The position numbers and the translations under genes were made by a program. The notes below the pieces were generated by a model that made no database searches, had not been told where the DNA came from, and was given only the letters and a program-made list of their open reading frames with translations. From a virus (Duplodnaviria > Heunggongvirae > Uroviricota > Caudoviricetes), in IMG/VR virus record IMGVR_UViG_3300010162_000009: a stretch of 64,000 bases of DNA. One strand, 5' to 3'. Of the stretch, positions 19,101 through 28,511 are shown one piece after another. Within the stretch, counting starts at the first letter, position 1. Each line of letters starts with the position of its first letter.

Positions 19101-21751
19101 TACTTAATTTATATGATCTCTATCACATGAGATATGGAAAACCAACTGCAAATTGTGGTGGTACTGGCGGTACAATACATTGGAGAGTAACCTTTGTAGA
19201 AACAAAACCAAACGGTTTTGAATCTTTTTTTAGTATAAGAAAGAAAAAATCAACAACTAATGAAACTTTAAAATATAATGTTGGTACGTTAATATCACCT
19301 GTGCCGAGGTGGTTTAATATATTAACAAGAGGAAATGGATATAGAATAGGTGAACCATCTGGTGGTTATTCTTTTTTAAGTAATTCAAATAGTAATGACA
19401 ATTCTACACCACCAAATCTGTCAGTACATGTTACAGGTTCGATTGTTGGTGTAAGAATAACAGCACCACCAACCTCAACAACAACTAGATTTACATGGAA
19501 TGGGACTAGTGATCTTAGAATAAGCATAGCAGAAATTACTGGTGGTGGATTAAATGGAAATACCCCAAGCAACACTAATCCGCGTGAAACACATTCAAAT
19601 GTTGGTGCAGGTATTCGCGCAAATTTCAATTGGAGCAATAGACTTGTTAATGCAGGTATGGTAGAATTCGGAACAACGAATGTAACGGTTGGCACCACCA
19701 CTACCACATATTACTATATTACTAAAATTAATATACCAACTGATTTTATTTACGGCAGTGGGTATGTAACTGAACCGGATATTCGTGTTACATTAGAGAG
19801 AAATGATGGTGGAACCAACCCATGGAGAAACGTAATATCTAACCAAATAATAGGTAAAGGTATTCTGGGAAGTAACTTCTTTGATGTTCCGAATCGCTAC
19901 AACCTTATTTTTGGTACCCCAAATACCACATCAAAAGAAACCGCACAAAAAGATATAATCGAAAATGAACAAGCAAGAATACCCAACTTCATACCAGGTA
20001 CAACAACAGAAATGCCGGGCGCTGGCACTATAATAACAGGTGTAGGAAGAGGATTTCAACGTATCCGCGTAGAAGATGAGGATGGTAATGCGGAATACCA
20101 AAATGTGTCAATAGATGGTGCTTTATACAGTTATGCTATTTTTGGTTTAGAAACCAACGACACAGAAAATATAAATATTCTAAACAAAAGAGGACAATTA
20201 TTAAGAGAAAGCAAAGTAAAAAATGGTAAATTCTTTTGGCAGAAAAAAACCACCGTAGAACGATACGATTGGATGAGCGATTTATTTTGTAAGAGACTAC
20301 AAGATTCTGGTATAAATAGCAACAGCACAAATCCAGAGGATTTATTATATTATATGACAGAAGATGATTGGAAATATAGATTTAGTTACCCATTATATAC
20401 ACGAAATGAAGATGGTCGTGATTATAGTTATGCCGACATGAATCCTCGCATTTCTGAACCACCGACAAATTGTTCACCAAGCGAATTAGACGAATTTACC
20501 AATGGTACGACAAAAATAAGTACGGATACAATTTATAGTTTACGTAATACAGGTCAAAGTCTTAACCCAAGAAGTATGGCAACCATGTTTATACCATTCT
20601 ATGGAAACATTTCAAATGTCACATCAGATTCTATAAATACAATGTTTTATACTATTTTACATAATAATGAAACGCATGTAAGAGCATTTTCCCAACCATT
20701 AGATTTTGGAAATTATATTTTTGTAAACGAATCATCAATAACATATACACCAAATCCACTAAATCTGGATAGAAACACAGTAAGTATGGAAATAGAAATC
20801 AGAGGTACAAACGCATACAGATGTTTCGGATATGACATTGTAATAGAAGAGGGGGATTTTCATACATACAGAGACATTGTTCATCCTATTCCAACACTTA
20901 CCACCCCAACCTCAATAGAATCACAAAAAAACAGAGGTTATGAACTTTTTGATACGAACACAAACTCTACAACAGAGATACAAATACCACCAGGGGAATC
21001 CACACCAGGAAATTCTCAAATATCTAGAACAGGACTCATTATTGGTGGTAGATGGATAAAACTGGAGGCACAAATAAAAACATTTATAACCAGAATTGAA
21101 GGAACACCGCAAGGGTCGCCCTTAACACCAAGAATAACTGTTAATCTAACCGACGTGTCATCAACGGATATTAACAGAATAATTCGCATCAGTGCAACCG
21201 ATGCAACCGGACTTGAAATATATACATATATTTCATTATACAGATGGATTGATAAAAGCCCACAAGTAACCCATTGTGTATATAATTGTAATAAGGATAT
21301 TGAAAAAGCGTTGAACACCGGTATTGTAATCGACTTTGAATGGAAGGATAATATTAGTAAACTTATAGGGGATAAGGTTATATACCTAACAAGAACACCT
21401 GTTTTTGAAGGGACACCAACTACCCTAACTGCTATTCCGAATGCTATTATGATGCAAGGTAATAACTTAATTTGTACAAACGCTTTTGGAAATAATCCTA
21501 CAATTAACGCAACATGTACAAAAACATTTAATACAACAGACGGTTGTACGGTATTATCTGATGGCGAAACATTACCAAGAAATTACAGAGGTGATTTGTA
21601 TATATGGTTTGATACAAGATTTGACCCAGCAAGTTTAAATTATGTGGAAGAAGACGAAAGAAGCAAACAATGGTTAAACGATAATATTACACCAAGAAGA
21701 CTTTCGGTTGTTGCTTCATCTTGTTACACATCTTACAAATTCATTTGGTAA
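13175..21751 (+). CDS. Giant virion structural protein (tail/baseplate-associated)
   Basis: 2858-aa uninterrupted ORF in the baseplate module; N-terminal GRVIANGGVGVPNARISIF...TNSSGDYML beta-sandwich-like segment; Thr/Asn/Gly-rich C-terminus. Confidence 0.75.
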   Translation: MQQNKSYRIRTTPGSEDNTKLNITLNQEYDFIDILSLKLDQKNVYQSPRAEYGCIVGRVIANGGVGVPNARISIFIPVSETTKRNNEKRVLYPYDISSDKNYKNIRYNLFQEDNINECHQVIGIFPLKRAVLDNNNILEVFDEYYKYSTVTNSSGDYMLFGIPSGSNQVHCDIDLSDCGHLSQMPRDMYYKGYSVEQFESSTQFKKDTNLDNLAQVFSEDTSVYVYPFWGNSNEDEVGITRHDINISYRFDTTCIFIGCIVTDGDNATTYTSCLPQDSLGKMKDMTAKQGTIEMIRMEPDGRITNYKIKGNQLIDGDGVWCYQIPMNLDYYTTDEYGNEVLSDNPSIGIPTRTDVRFKIKIEQPEELHKKKACYLVPHNPKSEVEVNYTLGKDTPKHLFVSLFKNNVYSVKSYIPRMQISKSTKTENHLGIKSIQDHGSNLPFPYNGLRAHLPTQFSILCAISAIVIEFMRTWNQFYTTLTTMTCRFRPQVGVRLFNRFIGFCFCIDICRMLASIFCGKESSCMHIDPSWCQYTDILLYPGCFYEVKGDKGCRDKDGKLTGINIRWGECPDGDEGVPTPGCQAIEDDITQTQEALGPDLAYTREASVVWDCVITTLAEGIGIAFFNFSNDWINGALYFPTFNYQKRRKKRRRILGIFGKYKVKHYEDVCSYEDEDEIQKTSGTNVSKSVSQGIMKTKIFKMCSPKFKPNTQRFEMFIDDKQKYRYCYDNMYERTFGGKVKLDKDEKGPINQQRCHEETSWLQIGEPFINREEIDKDENGESIYEYYYRPITKKPSPTTGIIVNLFKTDIILLGSLDICNKHGIWGLYKDLPNTTYQMPGPFYEIDFVLKIDGNKDVLDANESVFIASGKNWGCCGGRNLDAVKRRSEKYRFQSMNNSGGLFYGVGCTRFETKIKTCVNLERICEVGVDLDVYSAIEGVCDVDRHEGNTEVLVTPQGFIGKDQLIRGTEIRQQFATLNQHRLNRYRLEGGDPKDNLISHEGKKYYDFEYVYPTNFDGKLSGIFNDRGLPENQRQTNLRLDHHNTLNESYIDPEYFYFRYGTRTLTQNVALSVEPGKYIDFFQPINSFYFYFGIKSGSTAIEKLRQKFTSKCFQSTDDVVQIQVNVINHPYICYCSDKPLSIPEPSIKIEVIGAMTSYNISIKNSMGEDLNKNNYKGIISNKGTYNHFGDNLEKVNINVDVYSLVVLHDDFKNEGTFFVNFIDEYGNISQSTFTLRFQNKVNFNLVETLPVFDEVSSSVICLPPSTNTPPQQTIFDENGRETCAVVTLENINNIIIKNCKLKDYQLRIIRRQINIGSGAILNINNGTHSLLSRGFKYKIGAYGKIGSGDAYLKVTNINTEGGITSYTIVTEDDNPTTITPETYLNGNYTVENMKIVTPEIVVYSIPEKYYSEYDDVENLSDEERRNWKKFKLYLCEGEYTICLEGKEGNCIGKDVYCDFITIKIQPGISLVFKGGKLLAKYFRPKTVNGITYTPQDNMWWDEFFKFLRGTTGKEDNVLFTEFKDWYSGQFDDTTEDNIREKISLLKEMWMPICSDNIPIVQLDGIGYYPPMRTLLYGAVNIKPPLPLTNTLLCASDTYNSLNKNDDAYRHNDIPYQTQNSTLTGLSDAYRVRNDSGVLYTTPSAANAAAPTNHLTPEKLVFTTSRIPIKEYTNQSGVINYKPGGFYAGVIGQSGAGRAGGYNSSLSTKIKELQTNSLNERDFHKQISALELLYGNINSSGLLTNWPADANKYLFKFHILDQTLKVFKDWNRIAAPFYDYYEPYGCAKRDIPPYFDVFYVNGPLVELTTEVGNSEFDLVNITSTDNILKRVIPEVDYAIKILEELPEDKEPPEGLVFITITSVVPDFRTHLGSCPLLVPNARHIYSTSRYIGAGNIAIEQREITIDKEGNEEVEVLCSNEVVPSLDLEVENRNQRVSTFFTNPNNCSNVTNFYSHSVRVPGMDNGIFNTIINGGNVSDLLNLYDLYHMRYGKPTANCGGTGGTIHWRVTFVETKPNGFESFFSIRKKKSTTNETLKYNVGTLISPVPRWFNILTRGNGYRIGEPSGGYSFLSNSNSNDNSTPPNLSVHVTGSIVGVRITAPPTSTTTRFTWNGTSDLRISIAEITGGGLNGNTPSNTNPRETHSNVGAGIRANFNWSNRLVNAGMVEFGTTNVTVGTTTTTYYYITKINIPTDFIYGSGYVTEPDIRVTLERNDGGTNPWRNVISNQIIGKGILGSNFFDVPNRYNLIFGTPNTTSKETAQKDIIENEQARIPNFIPGTTTEMPGAGTIITGVGRGFQRIRVEDEDGNAEYQNVSIDGALYSYAIFGLETNDTENINILNKRGQLLRESKVKNGKFFWQKKTTVERYDWMSDLFCKRLQDSGINSNSTNPEDLLYYMTEDDWKYRFSYPLYTRNEDGRDYSYADMNPRISEPPTNCSPSELDEFTNGTTKISTDTIYSLRNTGQSLNPRSMATMFIPFYGNISNVTSDSINTMFYTILHNNETHVRAFSQPLDFGNYIFVNESSITYTPNPLNLDRNTVSMEIEIRGTNAYRCFGYDIVIEEGDFHTYRDIVHPIPTLTTPTSIESQKNRGYELFDTNTNSTTEIQIPPGESTPGNSQISRTGLIIGGRWIKLEAQIKTFITRIEGTPQGSPLTPRITVNLTDVSSTDINRIIRISATDATGLEIYTYISLYRWIDKSPQVTHCVYNCNKDIEKALNTGIVIDFEWKDNISKLIGDKVIYLTRTPVFEGTPTTLTAIPNAIMMQGNNLICTNAFGNNPTINATCTKTFNTTDGCTVLSDGETLPRNYRGDLYIWFDTRFDPASLNYVEEDERSKQWLNDNITPRRLSVVASSCYTSYKFIW

Positions 21752-21787
21752 TGAACATGTAAAAAAGTATTTTTAAAAAAAAAGAAA

Positions 21788-22000
21788 ATGATGAAGGAAA
21801 TAATATTATTTTTTTTAGTAGTAAGTATAATATTCTTAATAAAAGAATTATATTCATTCATAAAACATTTGTTTTTTGTGCGAATGTTATTTTCAGTTCA
21901 ACCGGAATCAAATACAGATAATAGATATAAAATTTCTGTATTAAGACAATTCGGACTATTATTTACAATTTCATATATAATAACATTTTTAATATCATGA
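21788..22000 (+). CDS. Small membrane protein
   Basis: Two hydrophobic segments; AGTATTTTTA upstream. Confidence 0.65.
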   Translation: MMKEIILFFLVVSIIFLIKELYSFIKHLFFVRMLFSVQPESNTDNRYKISVLRQFGLLFTISYIITFLIS

Positions 22001-22551
22001 ATATTGACATTTTAGGTGATAGGTTTGTTGGGATGTTCAAAGAGGATAGCGCAAATGGAGTTGTTCTTCGCTTGGAGGTAGATTTTACTTCAAAAATAAA
22101 TGGTTTGAAGTGGATGGTTTTTAATAAGAAAGATTCTCGTGAAGTAGATATAATCTACACCATGGAGAAAAATGGAAACAGTAAAAATGATATTTATCAT
22201 GTTATTGGAATGGAAGGTGCGGTGAGTTTTGATGATTTAATAAAACATTCAAAACAAATAATAGAGTTCAATATGGAAGTTGAAGAAAAGAAAATCATGT
22301 TGAAGCAAAAATTCGACGAGTTAGGAGAGTTATTTGCAAAATATCCAATAGAAATTTTACGAACATTAGAATTTAGGTTTGTTGAAACAATAAAAGCAGT
22401 ACCCGCACCACTACCAAAAAAATCTAAAAAACCAAGAAAAAAAATAGAAGAAGTGGTTGAAGCAATCAGTAATGTTTATTTAGAAGAAGCGCAAAAACCA
22501 GAGGATATTGAAAGCGGATTCTTAACAATATCTGCTCAAATAGAAGATTAA
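21997..22551 (+). CDS. Hypothetical protein
   Basis: 184 aa, ATGA-coupled. Confidence 0.8.
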   Translation: MNIDILGDRFVGMFKEDSANGVVLRLEVDFTSKINGLKWMVFNKKDSREVDIIYTMEKNGNSKNDIYHVIGMEGAVSFDDLIKHSKQIIEFNMEVEEKKIMLKQKFDELGELFAKYPIEILRTLEFRFVETIKAVPAPLPKKSKKPRKKIEEVVEAISNVYLEEAQKPEDIESGFLTISAQIED

Positions 22552-22566
22552 TCAAATTTTAATGAT

Positions 22567-22971
22567 ATGATAAAAATAGTAATTTTTTGTTTAATAGTAT
22601 ATACAATATCATTTGCAATTGTATATAAAAAACCATTAATCGCTAAACCTTATGAATGGTTAATGAGGATATTTTGGTTAAAAGGTAGTTTAGATTGTAT
22701 GATATGCACACCATTCTGGATAGCAGGAATAGTATCGGCATTGAATATATTTATTCTACCGGAAATGGATATAACCCCCTCGTTGGTTATATTTGGAATG
22801 CCGGAAGCGTGGTTGGAATATACCGCAAGTATCCTTATGGATATGTTTTCCGTTGCTTCCGTTGTGTTTATTGTAGATCAATTCCTTTTATTTGTAACAG
22901 AAAATAGAAAACTTGATGTTACAATTTGTAAAGAAAAAGATAATTCGGAAACCCAACTTTTACATGATTGA
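22567..22971 (+). CDS. Membrane protein, DUF1360-like
   Basis: Hydrophobic helices with LDCMICTPFW (CxxCxxxW). Confidence 0.5.
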   Translation: MIKIVIFCLIVYTISFAIVYKKPLIAKPYEWLMRIFWLKGSLDCMICTPFWIAGIVSALNIFILPEMDITPSLVIFGMPEAWLEYTASILMDMFSVASVVFIVDQFLLFVTENRKLDVTICKEKDNSETQLLHD

Positions 22972-23231
22972 TTATGGAACCTGAAAAACTTAAAACAGTT
23001 TGGATAACCTCTGGGGAATTACAGATGATGTATGAGTCTGTTAGACAAATTGAACATTATTGCCCTTATTGCTTGGTTGATAGAACATATCCACTAAGTA
23101 ACGGAGAAGTTTTGGATATAACAATGTCTTCACTTGTTTTAGAATGTTTTAAATGTGGAAAAAAATACCACATATCATGGGAAGGCGATCCGAATTTTAT
23201 GAAAGACGAAGAAGATTTTTTACCCTTTTAA
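22968..23231 (+). CDS. Zinc-ribbon protein
   Basis: CPYC...CFKC. Confidence 0.7.
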   Translation: MIMEPEKLKTVWITSGELQMMYESVRQIEHYCPYCLVDRTYPLSNGEVLDITMSSLVLECFKCGKKYHISWEGDPNFMKDEEDFLPF

Positions 23232-23244
23232 ATTTATATATAAC

Positions 23245-23760
23245 ATGTTACGAAAAATTAGAGAAGGTGTGTTTGAAACAAATAGTAGTTCAGTTCACAC
23301 AATAACAATAAGAAAAAGATCAAAAGATATTGATACTATTTTAGTGTCGGATAATATTTTATATCCAGATGTTTTTCATGAATCTGGTACTCCTGTAGAT
23401 CATTTTCTTGGTCCAGGAACACAATGGACTGCTAATTCAATAGCAGAAAAAGCGGCATTATTATTTTTGTATTTGAATCATATTAAAGATTTAGGTACAC
23501 CAGATTACGATATTGAAAAACTTAATGAAGCAATTGATTATCTTAAATCAAAATTACCATATAATAATATTGTAATGGGAGACAAGTACATTGAAACATA
23601 TGAAGGACAAACTTCTCTACCGTTTGATTTTTCACATATGTTCGATGAATACGAAAAAGTATTATTTGAAGATATTAAGAAAAAACTTCTAGATCCGTTT
23701 TTAGAAGTTATTTTAGACGAAGATAGATATATTGTTGTTTGTCAGGGTCAAGATTACTAA
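23245..23760 (+). CDS. FETNSSS-motif protein 1
   Basis: MLRKIREGVFETNSSSVHTITI; body similar to 32186..32740. Confidence 0.85.
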   Translation: MLRKIREGVFETNSSSVHTITIRKRSKDIDTILVSDNILYPDVFHESGTPVDHFLGPGTQWTANSIAEKAALLFLYLNHIKDLGTPDYDIEKLNEAIDYLKSKLPYNNIVMGDKYIETYEGQTSLPFDFSHMFDEYEKVLFEDIKKKLLDPFLEVILDEDRYIVVCQGQDY

Positions 23761-23764
23761 ACCA

Positions 23765-23971
23765 ATGGAAGATACTATTGAAAAACTGGATCAAGATATT
23801 ATGGTTGCTGACAAGCAACTCGAAATAGAAAAGAATATGTTTGCATATACTATTTTACATCATGGTCTAGGTAACAATATGAAGAAGGAATTAGAAAAAC
23901 CACTTTCAAAACGTAAAGTATTTGCATGGAAAATAAAAAACTTTTTTTATAATTTTTTTAGAACAATATGA
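23765..23971 (+). CDS. Hypothetical protein
   Basis: Start re-called to ATG 23765; 68 aa. Confidence 0.65.
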   Translation: MEDTIEKLDQDIMVADKQLEIEKNMFAYTILHHGLGNNMKKELEKPLSKRKVFAWKIKNFFYNFFRTI

Positions 23972-24315
23972 CAACGACAAATTTAGGTTGCATCAAGTCA
24001 GAACAAGATATTGTGTATATCCACAAAAACTTATCTCCAATTATAACAAGATATGATTTGGAAAATATTACTATTACTGAAACAATACCATCATACTATC
24101 TTTTAAAATTGGATGAAGAATTGTGGTTAAAATTTAATCCGGATGTGAAATATTTATTAACCAAAATCGAAAATGAAGAAATAATAATTAAGAGAGGTAG
24201 GGTAACATTTCACTTGAAAGGCGATGGTGATTACGGATATCCAATAAAAGAAGATACATTTGGATTCAAATACATTCAAGAAAATAAAAAAAAAAAGAAC
24301 AATGGTAAAAATTAA
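23968..24315 (+). CDS. Hypothetical protein
   Basis: 115 aa, ATGA-coupled. Confidence 0.7.
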   Translation: MTTTNLGCIKSEQDIVYIHKNLSPIITRYDLENITITETIPSYYLLKLDEELWLKFNPDVKYLLTKIENEEIIIKRGRVTFHLKGDGDYGYPIKEDTFGFKYIQENKKKKNNGKN

Positions 24316-24673
24316 TTTAACACAAGATATTTTAAAAATCCTTCCTTTGGTAAAAATAACAAACAACGAAGAATGGAAAAACCATGTAATTGTTTCAGGT
24401 GACTTGTTCTGGGGTGGAACAGTTATTGAAAATATTATGCAAGCATGGGGTAAATTCGATGAACATATTCCGGGAACAGACTTGTTGGAAGAGGGTAGAA
24501 TGTGGGATATGGAATTGGAAAAAAATGCGTGGGATACATATGAATATATTTGTAATAATCTTTCAGATATTATTAGTATAATATTTTATACCCTTCCGAA
24601 TGTAAAAGAAGGTGTATATACAAGAAAATCAAGAACACCCGGTATATGGGAGTTCAAAGAGTTTGAAAAATAA
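24302..24673 (+). CDS. Hypothetical protein
   Basis: Start re-called to ATG 24302; 123 aa. Confidence 0.7.
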   Translation: MVKINLTQDILKILPLVKITNNEEWKNHVIVSGDLFWGGTVIENIMQAWGKFDEHIPGTDLLEEGRMWDMELEKNAWDTYEYICNNLSDIISIIFYTLPNVKEGVYTRKSRTPGIWEFKEFEK

Positions 24674-24695
24674 GTTTAATCAAAAATAAATAAAA

Positions 24696-26396
24696 ATGAG
24701 CGATGATTATGTAAATTTTTCTGAGGTATTGGAATACATCAGATATGGGTTGGATAATGATTTAACCGCATATCAAACAGCACAACATTTTGGTAAGTAT
24801 AATAACTTCTTTTATGATTATATTAGGAGAGGCGGCGCAAAATCCCTTTCAAAGGGGTCAATAACAGAAGAACAGTATAGAGAACTTCTTGATTTGTATG
24901 AAAAATTAAAAAAGAATGTAAATAAAAATTTTTCACAAAATAAAAATACGGATTATAATAACATCCCACCAGAATATATATCAATAGTTGGTGAACTACC
25001 ATCTGATGTTATTGAAAGTAAAATTTGTCTGGAAGAAGATCCGGAAGAAGATTCCGAAGTTTATGGTATCGCAAAACGTGATGAAAACAACAAAATAACT
25101 CATTACGAATTTTCAATAAGAGGTCGGCGAAAAGAACTTATAAAAGGAACAATTTCCAGAGAAATAATGAATGAAATATTCTTATTATATACCAAAGAAT
25201 CTGGAAACCTTACACAAAGAACAGTAGCACGTGAACTTCTTAATGAACTCAACCTCGATTTTTTCGGTTTTCAGAAAATTCTGAAAGTATTCGCCATTAC
25301 TAAAGCAAGCATTCCAGTTGCTTTTCACGTACTTGAAGAGCAAGATGTGAATTACATTTTAGAAAAATTATATAGAGAAAAAGAAAAGAATTTCTTTAGA
25401 AAACTCGAAGAAACCAGATATAGAAGACTTGAAGATGTAAATCTGAAACTGTTGGAAGAAAATAAAAACCTTAAAGGTTACATCAAAAACACACAAAACT
25501 TTTTATCTCAAATTGATTTCACTAAAATTAAACCATTTGATATAAACGAAGACAACATGTCTTTTGGAAGCAATAAAGCACTGTGTCTTTTTATTGCCGA
25601 CACACACTTTGGCGCAATGGTTGATCAAAATGAAAGTCTATATGATAATGATTATACCATTAAAGAGGTTGAAAAAAGATTTATGACTATCGTTGAAAAG
25701 GTATGTGAAATATCAATGTCGTTATCAGGGTTGGATAGATTAATGATATTTAATTTGGGTGATTTACTTGATGGTGATAAAAATCAAACAGCGAGAGGCG
25801 GTCATTTTCTACCACAATATTTAACCGGCAGACAACAATTCAATTTTGGTGTTTCGTTAATGCAGAGGTTTGTTGATACATTATATTTAAAAAATGTTGC
25901 TAATAAAATTGATTATCTTTCTGTCGCTACTTCTAACCATGATGGTACATTGGGATATGCTGCTTCACGTCTTTTGGTTGAGTATTTCAGAGTGAAATAT
26001 CCCGGAATGTTAGCAACGGTAAGTGAAAAATTTATCGACTGGGTGAAATATGGTGAACATATTATTATGTATTCACATGGAAAAGACCAACAGTTTATGA
26101 CAAAAAATTACCCATTGGTAATAAACAGCGATTTTGAAAACAAAATTAATGAGTTCATTGACTATCATCTCCCAGATGTTTCACACAATAAAAATATTAT
26201 GTTCATAAAGGCGGATTTACATACTTCCGCTACCACATACGGAAAGAAATTCAAATATCGCAGCGTAGGTAGCGTGTTCGGTTCTTCACTGTATTGCCAA
26301 TTGAATTATGGTAACTCTACACCTGTTTGTGAATATTCAGTTATTGACCATGACGATAAATCATTCCAGCAGGATGGTAGAATAATTTTGGTTTAA
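24696..26396 (+). CDS. Calcineurin-like metallophosphoesterase with long N-terminal extension
   Basis: ADTHFG, NLGDLLDG, SNHDG, SHG and DLH motifs in canonical order in the C-terminal half. Confidence 0.8.
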   Translation: MSDDYVNFSEVLEYIRYGLDNDLTAYQTAQHFGKYNNFFYDYIRRGGAKSLSKGSITEEQYRELLDLYEKLKKNVNKNFSQNKNTDYNNIPPEYISIVGELPSDVIESKICLEEDPEEDSEVYGIAKRDENNKITHYEFSIRGRRKELIKGTISREIMNEIFLLYTKESGNLTQRTVARELLNELNLDFFGFQKILKVFAITKASIPVAFHVLEEQDVNYILEKLYREKEKNFFRKLEETRYRRLEDVNLKLLEENKNLKGYIKNTQNFLSQIDFTKIKPFDINEDNMSFGSNKALCLFIADTHFGAMVDQNESLYDNDYTIKEVEKRFMTIVEKVCEISMSLSGLDRLMIFNLGDLLDGDKNQTARGGHFLPQYLTGRQQFNFGVSLMQRFVDTLYLKNVANKIDYLSVATSNHDGTLGYAASRLLVEYFRVKYPGMLATVSEKFIDWVKYGEHIIMYSHGKDQQFMTKNYPLVINSDFENKINEFIDYHLPDVSHNKNIMFIKADLHTSATTYGKKFKYRSVGSVFGSSLYCQLNYGNSTPVCEYSVIDHDDKSFQQDGRIILV

Positions 26397-26447
26397 CTTT
26401 TTTTCTCGCTATTTATTATTAAAATAACATAAAAAAAAGTTAAAGTT

Positions 26448-26624
26448 ATGAGACCAGAAGAAATGCTTGAAGATCAATTTCAAAGTGTTAATATAACACA
26501 CCTGAGAAAAATGGTAAAGAAAAATTTGGATGAAAACGTAAGATGTTGCAAATTTGATGAAGATTTAACAGGCGAAATTTATCCAGTTGGACCAAAAGAA
26601 GTAGTTGAAGAAGAACCGGTGTAA
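26448..26624 (+). CDS. Hypothetical protein (58 aa, below track cutoff)
   Basis: MRPEEMLEDQFQ...VVEEEPV; fills the gap, TATTTATT upstream, terminator downstream. Confidence 0.65.
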   Translation: MRPEEMLEDQFQSVNITHLRKMVKKNLDENVRCCKFDEDLTGEIYPVGPKEVVEEEPV

Positions 26625-26650
26625 CCAACGAAGCAACCAACAAATAATCA

Positions 26651-26689
26651 AAAAAATAATTATTCCATTTTATTGGAATAATTTTTTTG
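26651..26689 (+). terminator. Intrinsic terminator-like hairpin
   Basis: ATTATTCCA/TGGAATAAT stem followed by a T-run. Confidence 0.6.
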
Positions 26690-26713
26690 TTTTAAAATAA
26701 TATTGTAACTTTT

Positions 26714-26995
26714 ATGTGTAATAATAATTTTTTTACTATGTGTGAAATAGATACAAAAAAATGCTGTAAAGAAAGTGGTTGTAAGGATTCCACTTTTTCA
26801 TTAGAGGGGGATTCCGGAGAACTTTACGTAGACGAAGGTGTTTATAAAGAAATAACGCTTCTCGAACCGTTATATACCGCAGATGATTCCGCTGTCGGAC
26901 TGTCATTACACTCAATAGACAGAACGGAAAAACATGAAACTTTTAATAAATTTTTGAATAAAAATGTAAAAATCACCATTTCAATACAGGAATGA
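26714..26995 (+). CDS. Hypothetical protein
   Basis: 93-aa ORF. Confidence 0.7.
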   Translation: MCNNNFFTMCEIDTKKCCKESGCKDSTFSLEGDSGELYVDEGVYKEITLLEPLYTADDSAVGLSLHSIDRTEKHETFNKFLNKNVKITISIQE

Positions 26996-26996
26996 T

Positions 26997-27317
26997 ATGT
27001 TCAATCGAAAGTGGTTAAAGGAAGAAGTAGAATTAAATTCAGAAAAAATACATTCTATTCTAAAATCATATTTTGATGAGAATTGTATATCATCTGGATT
27101 GACTCAGGTTGAGTTGGATAAGGTTTCGTGCTTATTTACAAGTAAGTTATTAAACACCCCTGATTGTGTTAATAAAAATTCTCGTGTTTTAACATATAAT
27201 AATATTTTTGATATATTATTAACCGTTTATGATTCCATTAAAGACGATGATGATGAATTAACGGTTGAATGTTATAAAATCACACAATTTTTTTATGAGC
27301 AATCTGTCCCAAAATAA
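26997..27317 (+). CDS. Hypothetical protein
   Basis: 106-aa ORF. Confidence 0.7.
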   Translation: MFNRKWLKEEVELNSEKIHSILKSYFDENCISSGLTQVELDKVSCLFTSKLLNTPDCVNKNSRVLTYNNIFDILLTVYDSIKDDDDELTVECYKITQFFYEQSVPK

Positions 27318-27323
27318 CTCCAT

Positions 27324-28511
27324 ATGGCAACACAACCCATCAAGAAACACATACTTGAGAACAATCCGTATATTCAACAACATGCTGAAACAGAATATAT
27401 ATTAATTGTTGATGGGAACGGATTGTTAAAAGGTAGTATGATAGAAACCCTAAAAAACCCTAATGGTGTTAGGATTGGGTGGGTTATGAATTTTTTATGG
27501 AAAATAAAAATCTTATTACATAAACGATCATTTTCAAAAGTATTTTGTGTATGGGATGGACAAAATAGTGGTATATTAAGATATGACCTATATCCAGACT
27601 ACAAGAAAGTTAGAAAAAAAAACTATTCCGAATATGATAGAAAAATTAACGCTTTTGTGTTTTCTGTATTGGAAAGAGAAAGATTAAAAAAGGAAGAATT
27701 AGAAAAACAAAAAAACAAAGAAAAATTTCTTCAAACCCAACAAGTAAAGGAACAACAAAACGAAGATTTTGAAAAAACAAAACTTGTTATACAAGAATTG
27801 TTGGAATATTTATTTATTCGTCAAATACAAGACGATGTAGAAGGTACAGAAAGCGATGATATTATCGCCCACATAGTATTAAATAAACTTCCAAACCAAA
27901 AAATATATATCATAACAGGCGATAGAGATATACACCAACTCATTTCAGAAGATGTTGCAATATACAACTACAAGAAAAAAGAAGTATATCATACCGGTAA
28001 CTATATGGAAAAATTAGGAATGCCGGTAGAAAATGTATTAATCGAAAAAATTCTACGTGGTGATACTTCCGACAGTATAAGCGGTGTAAAAGGTTTAGGT
28101 GAAGTAACAATAAAAAAATATTATCCAGAATTATATTCTAATATAATTACTATTGAAAAAATAGTTGAAAAAACTAAATTACTATTAAATGAAACTTCCA
28201 ATAAAAGGGAGTTAAATGTGTTTAATGAAATATTAAAAGAATATGAAGATGGAACTCTTGATTTGAGAGAAAAAATCATTAATCTAAAAAAACCCTTATT
28301 AGGTAAACAAATAAGGGATGAACTGAACGATCTAATAGATTCTCCTCTAGACCCTAATGACAGAGAATTTGATAATGTTTATCAAATAATACTTAGAGAA
28401 GAATTAACAGATCTGCAAGGAAACAAATTTAGTTCGTTTTTCATCCCATTTAAACAAGTTATCGAAAGGGAAAAATTATTTTATAAAAAAAGTGGTTACA
28501 CTGAAATATAG
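27324..28511 (+). CDS. rnh: 5'-3' exonuclease / flap endonuclease (T4 RNase H-like)
   Basis: LIVDGNG, CVWDG, ESDDIIA, ITGDRD and H3TH GDTSDSISGVKGLG motifs. Confidence 0.9.
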   Translation: MATQPIKKHILENNPYIQQHAETEYILIVDGNGLLKGSMIETLKNPNGVRIGWVMNFLWKIKILLHKRSFSKVFCVWDGQNSGILRYDLYPDYKKVRKKNYSEYDRKINAFVFSVLERERLKKEELEKQKNKEKFLQTQQVKEQQNEDFEKTKLVIQELLEYLFIRQIQDDVEGTESDDIIAHIVLNKLPNQKIYIITGDRDIHQLISEDVAIYNYKKKEVYHTGNYMEKLGMPVENVLIEKILRGDTSDSISGVKGLGEVTIKKYYPELYSNIITIEKIVEKTKLLLNETSNKRELNVFNEILKEYEDGTLDLREKIINLKKPLLGKQIRDELNDLIDSPLDPNDREFDNVYQIILREELTDLQGNKFSSFFIPFKQVIEREKLFYKKSGYTEI

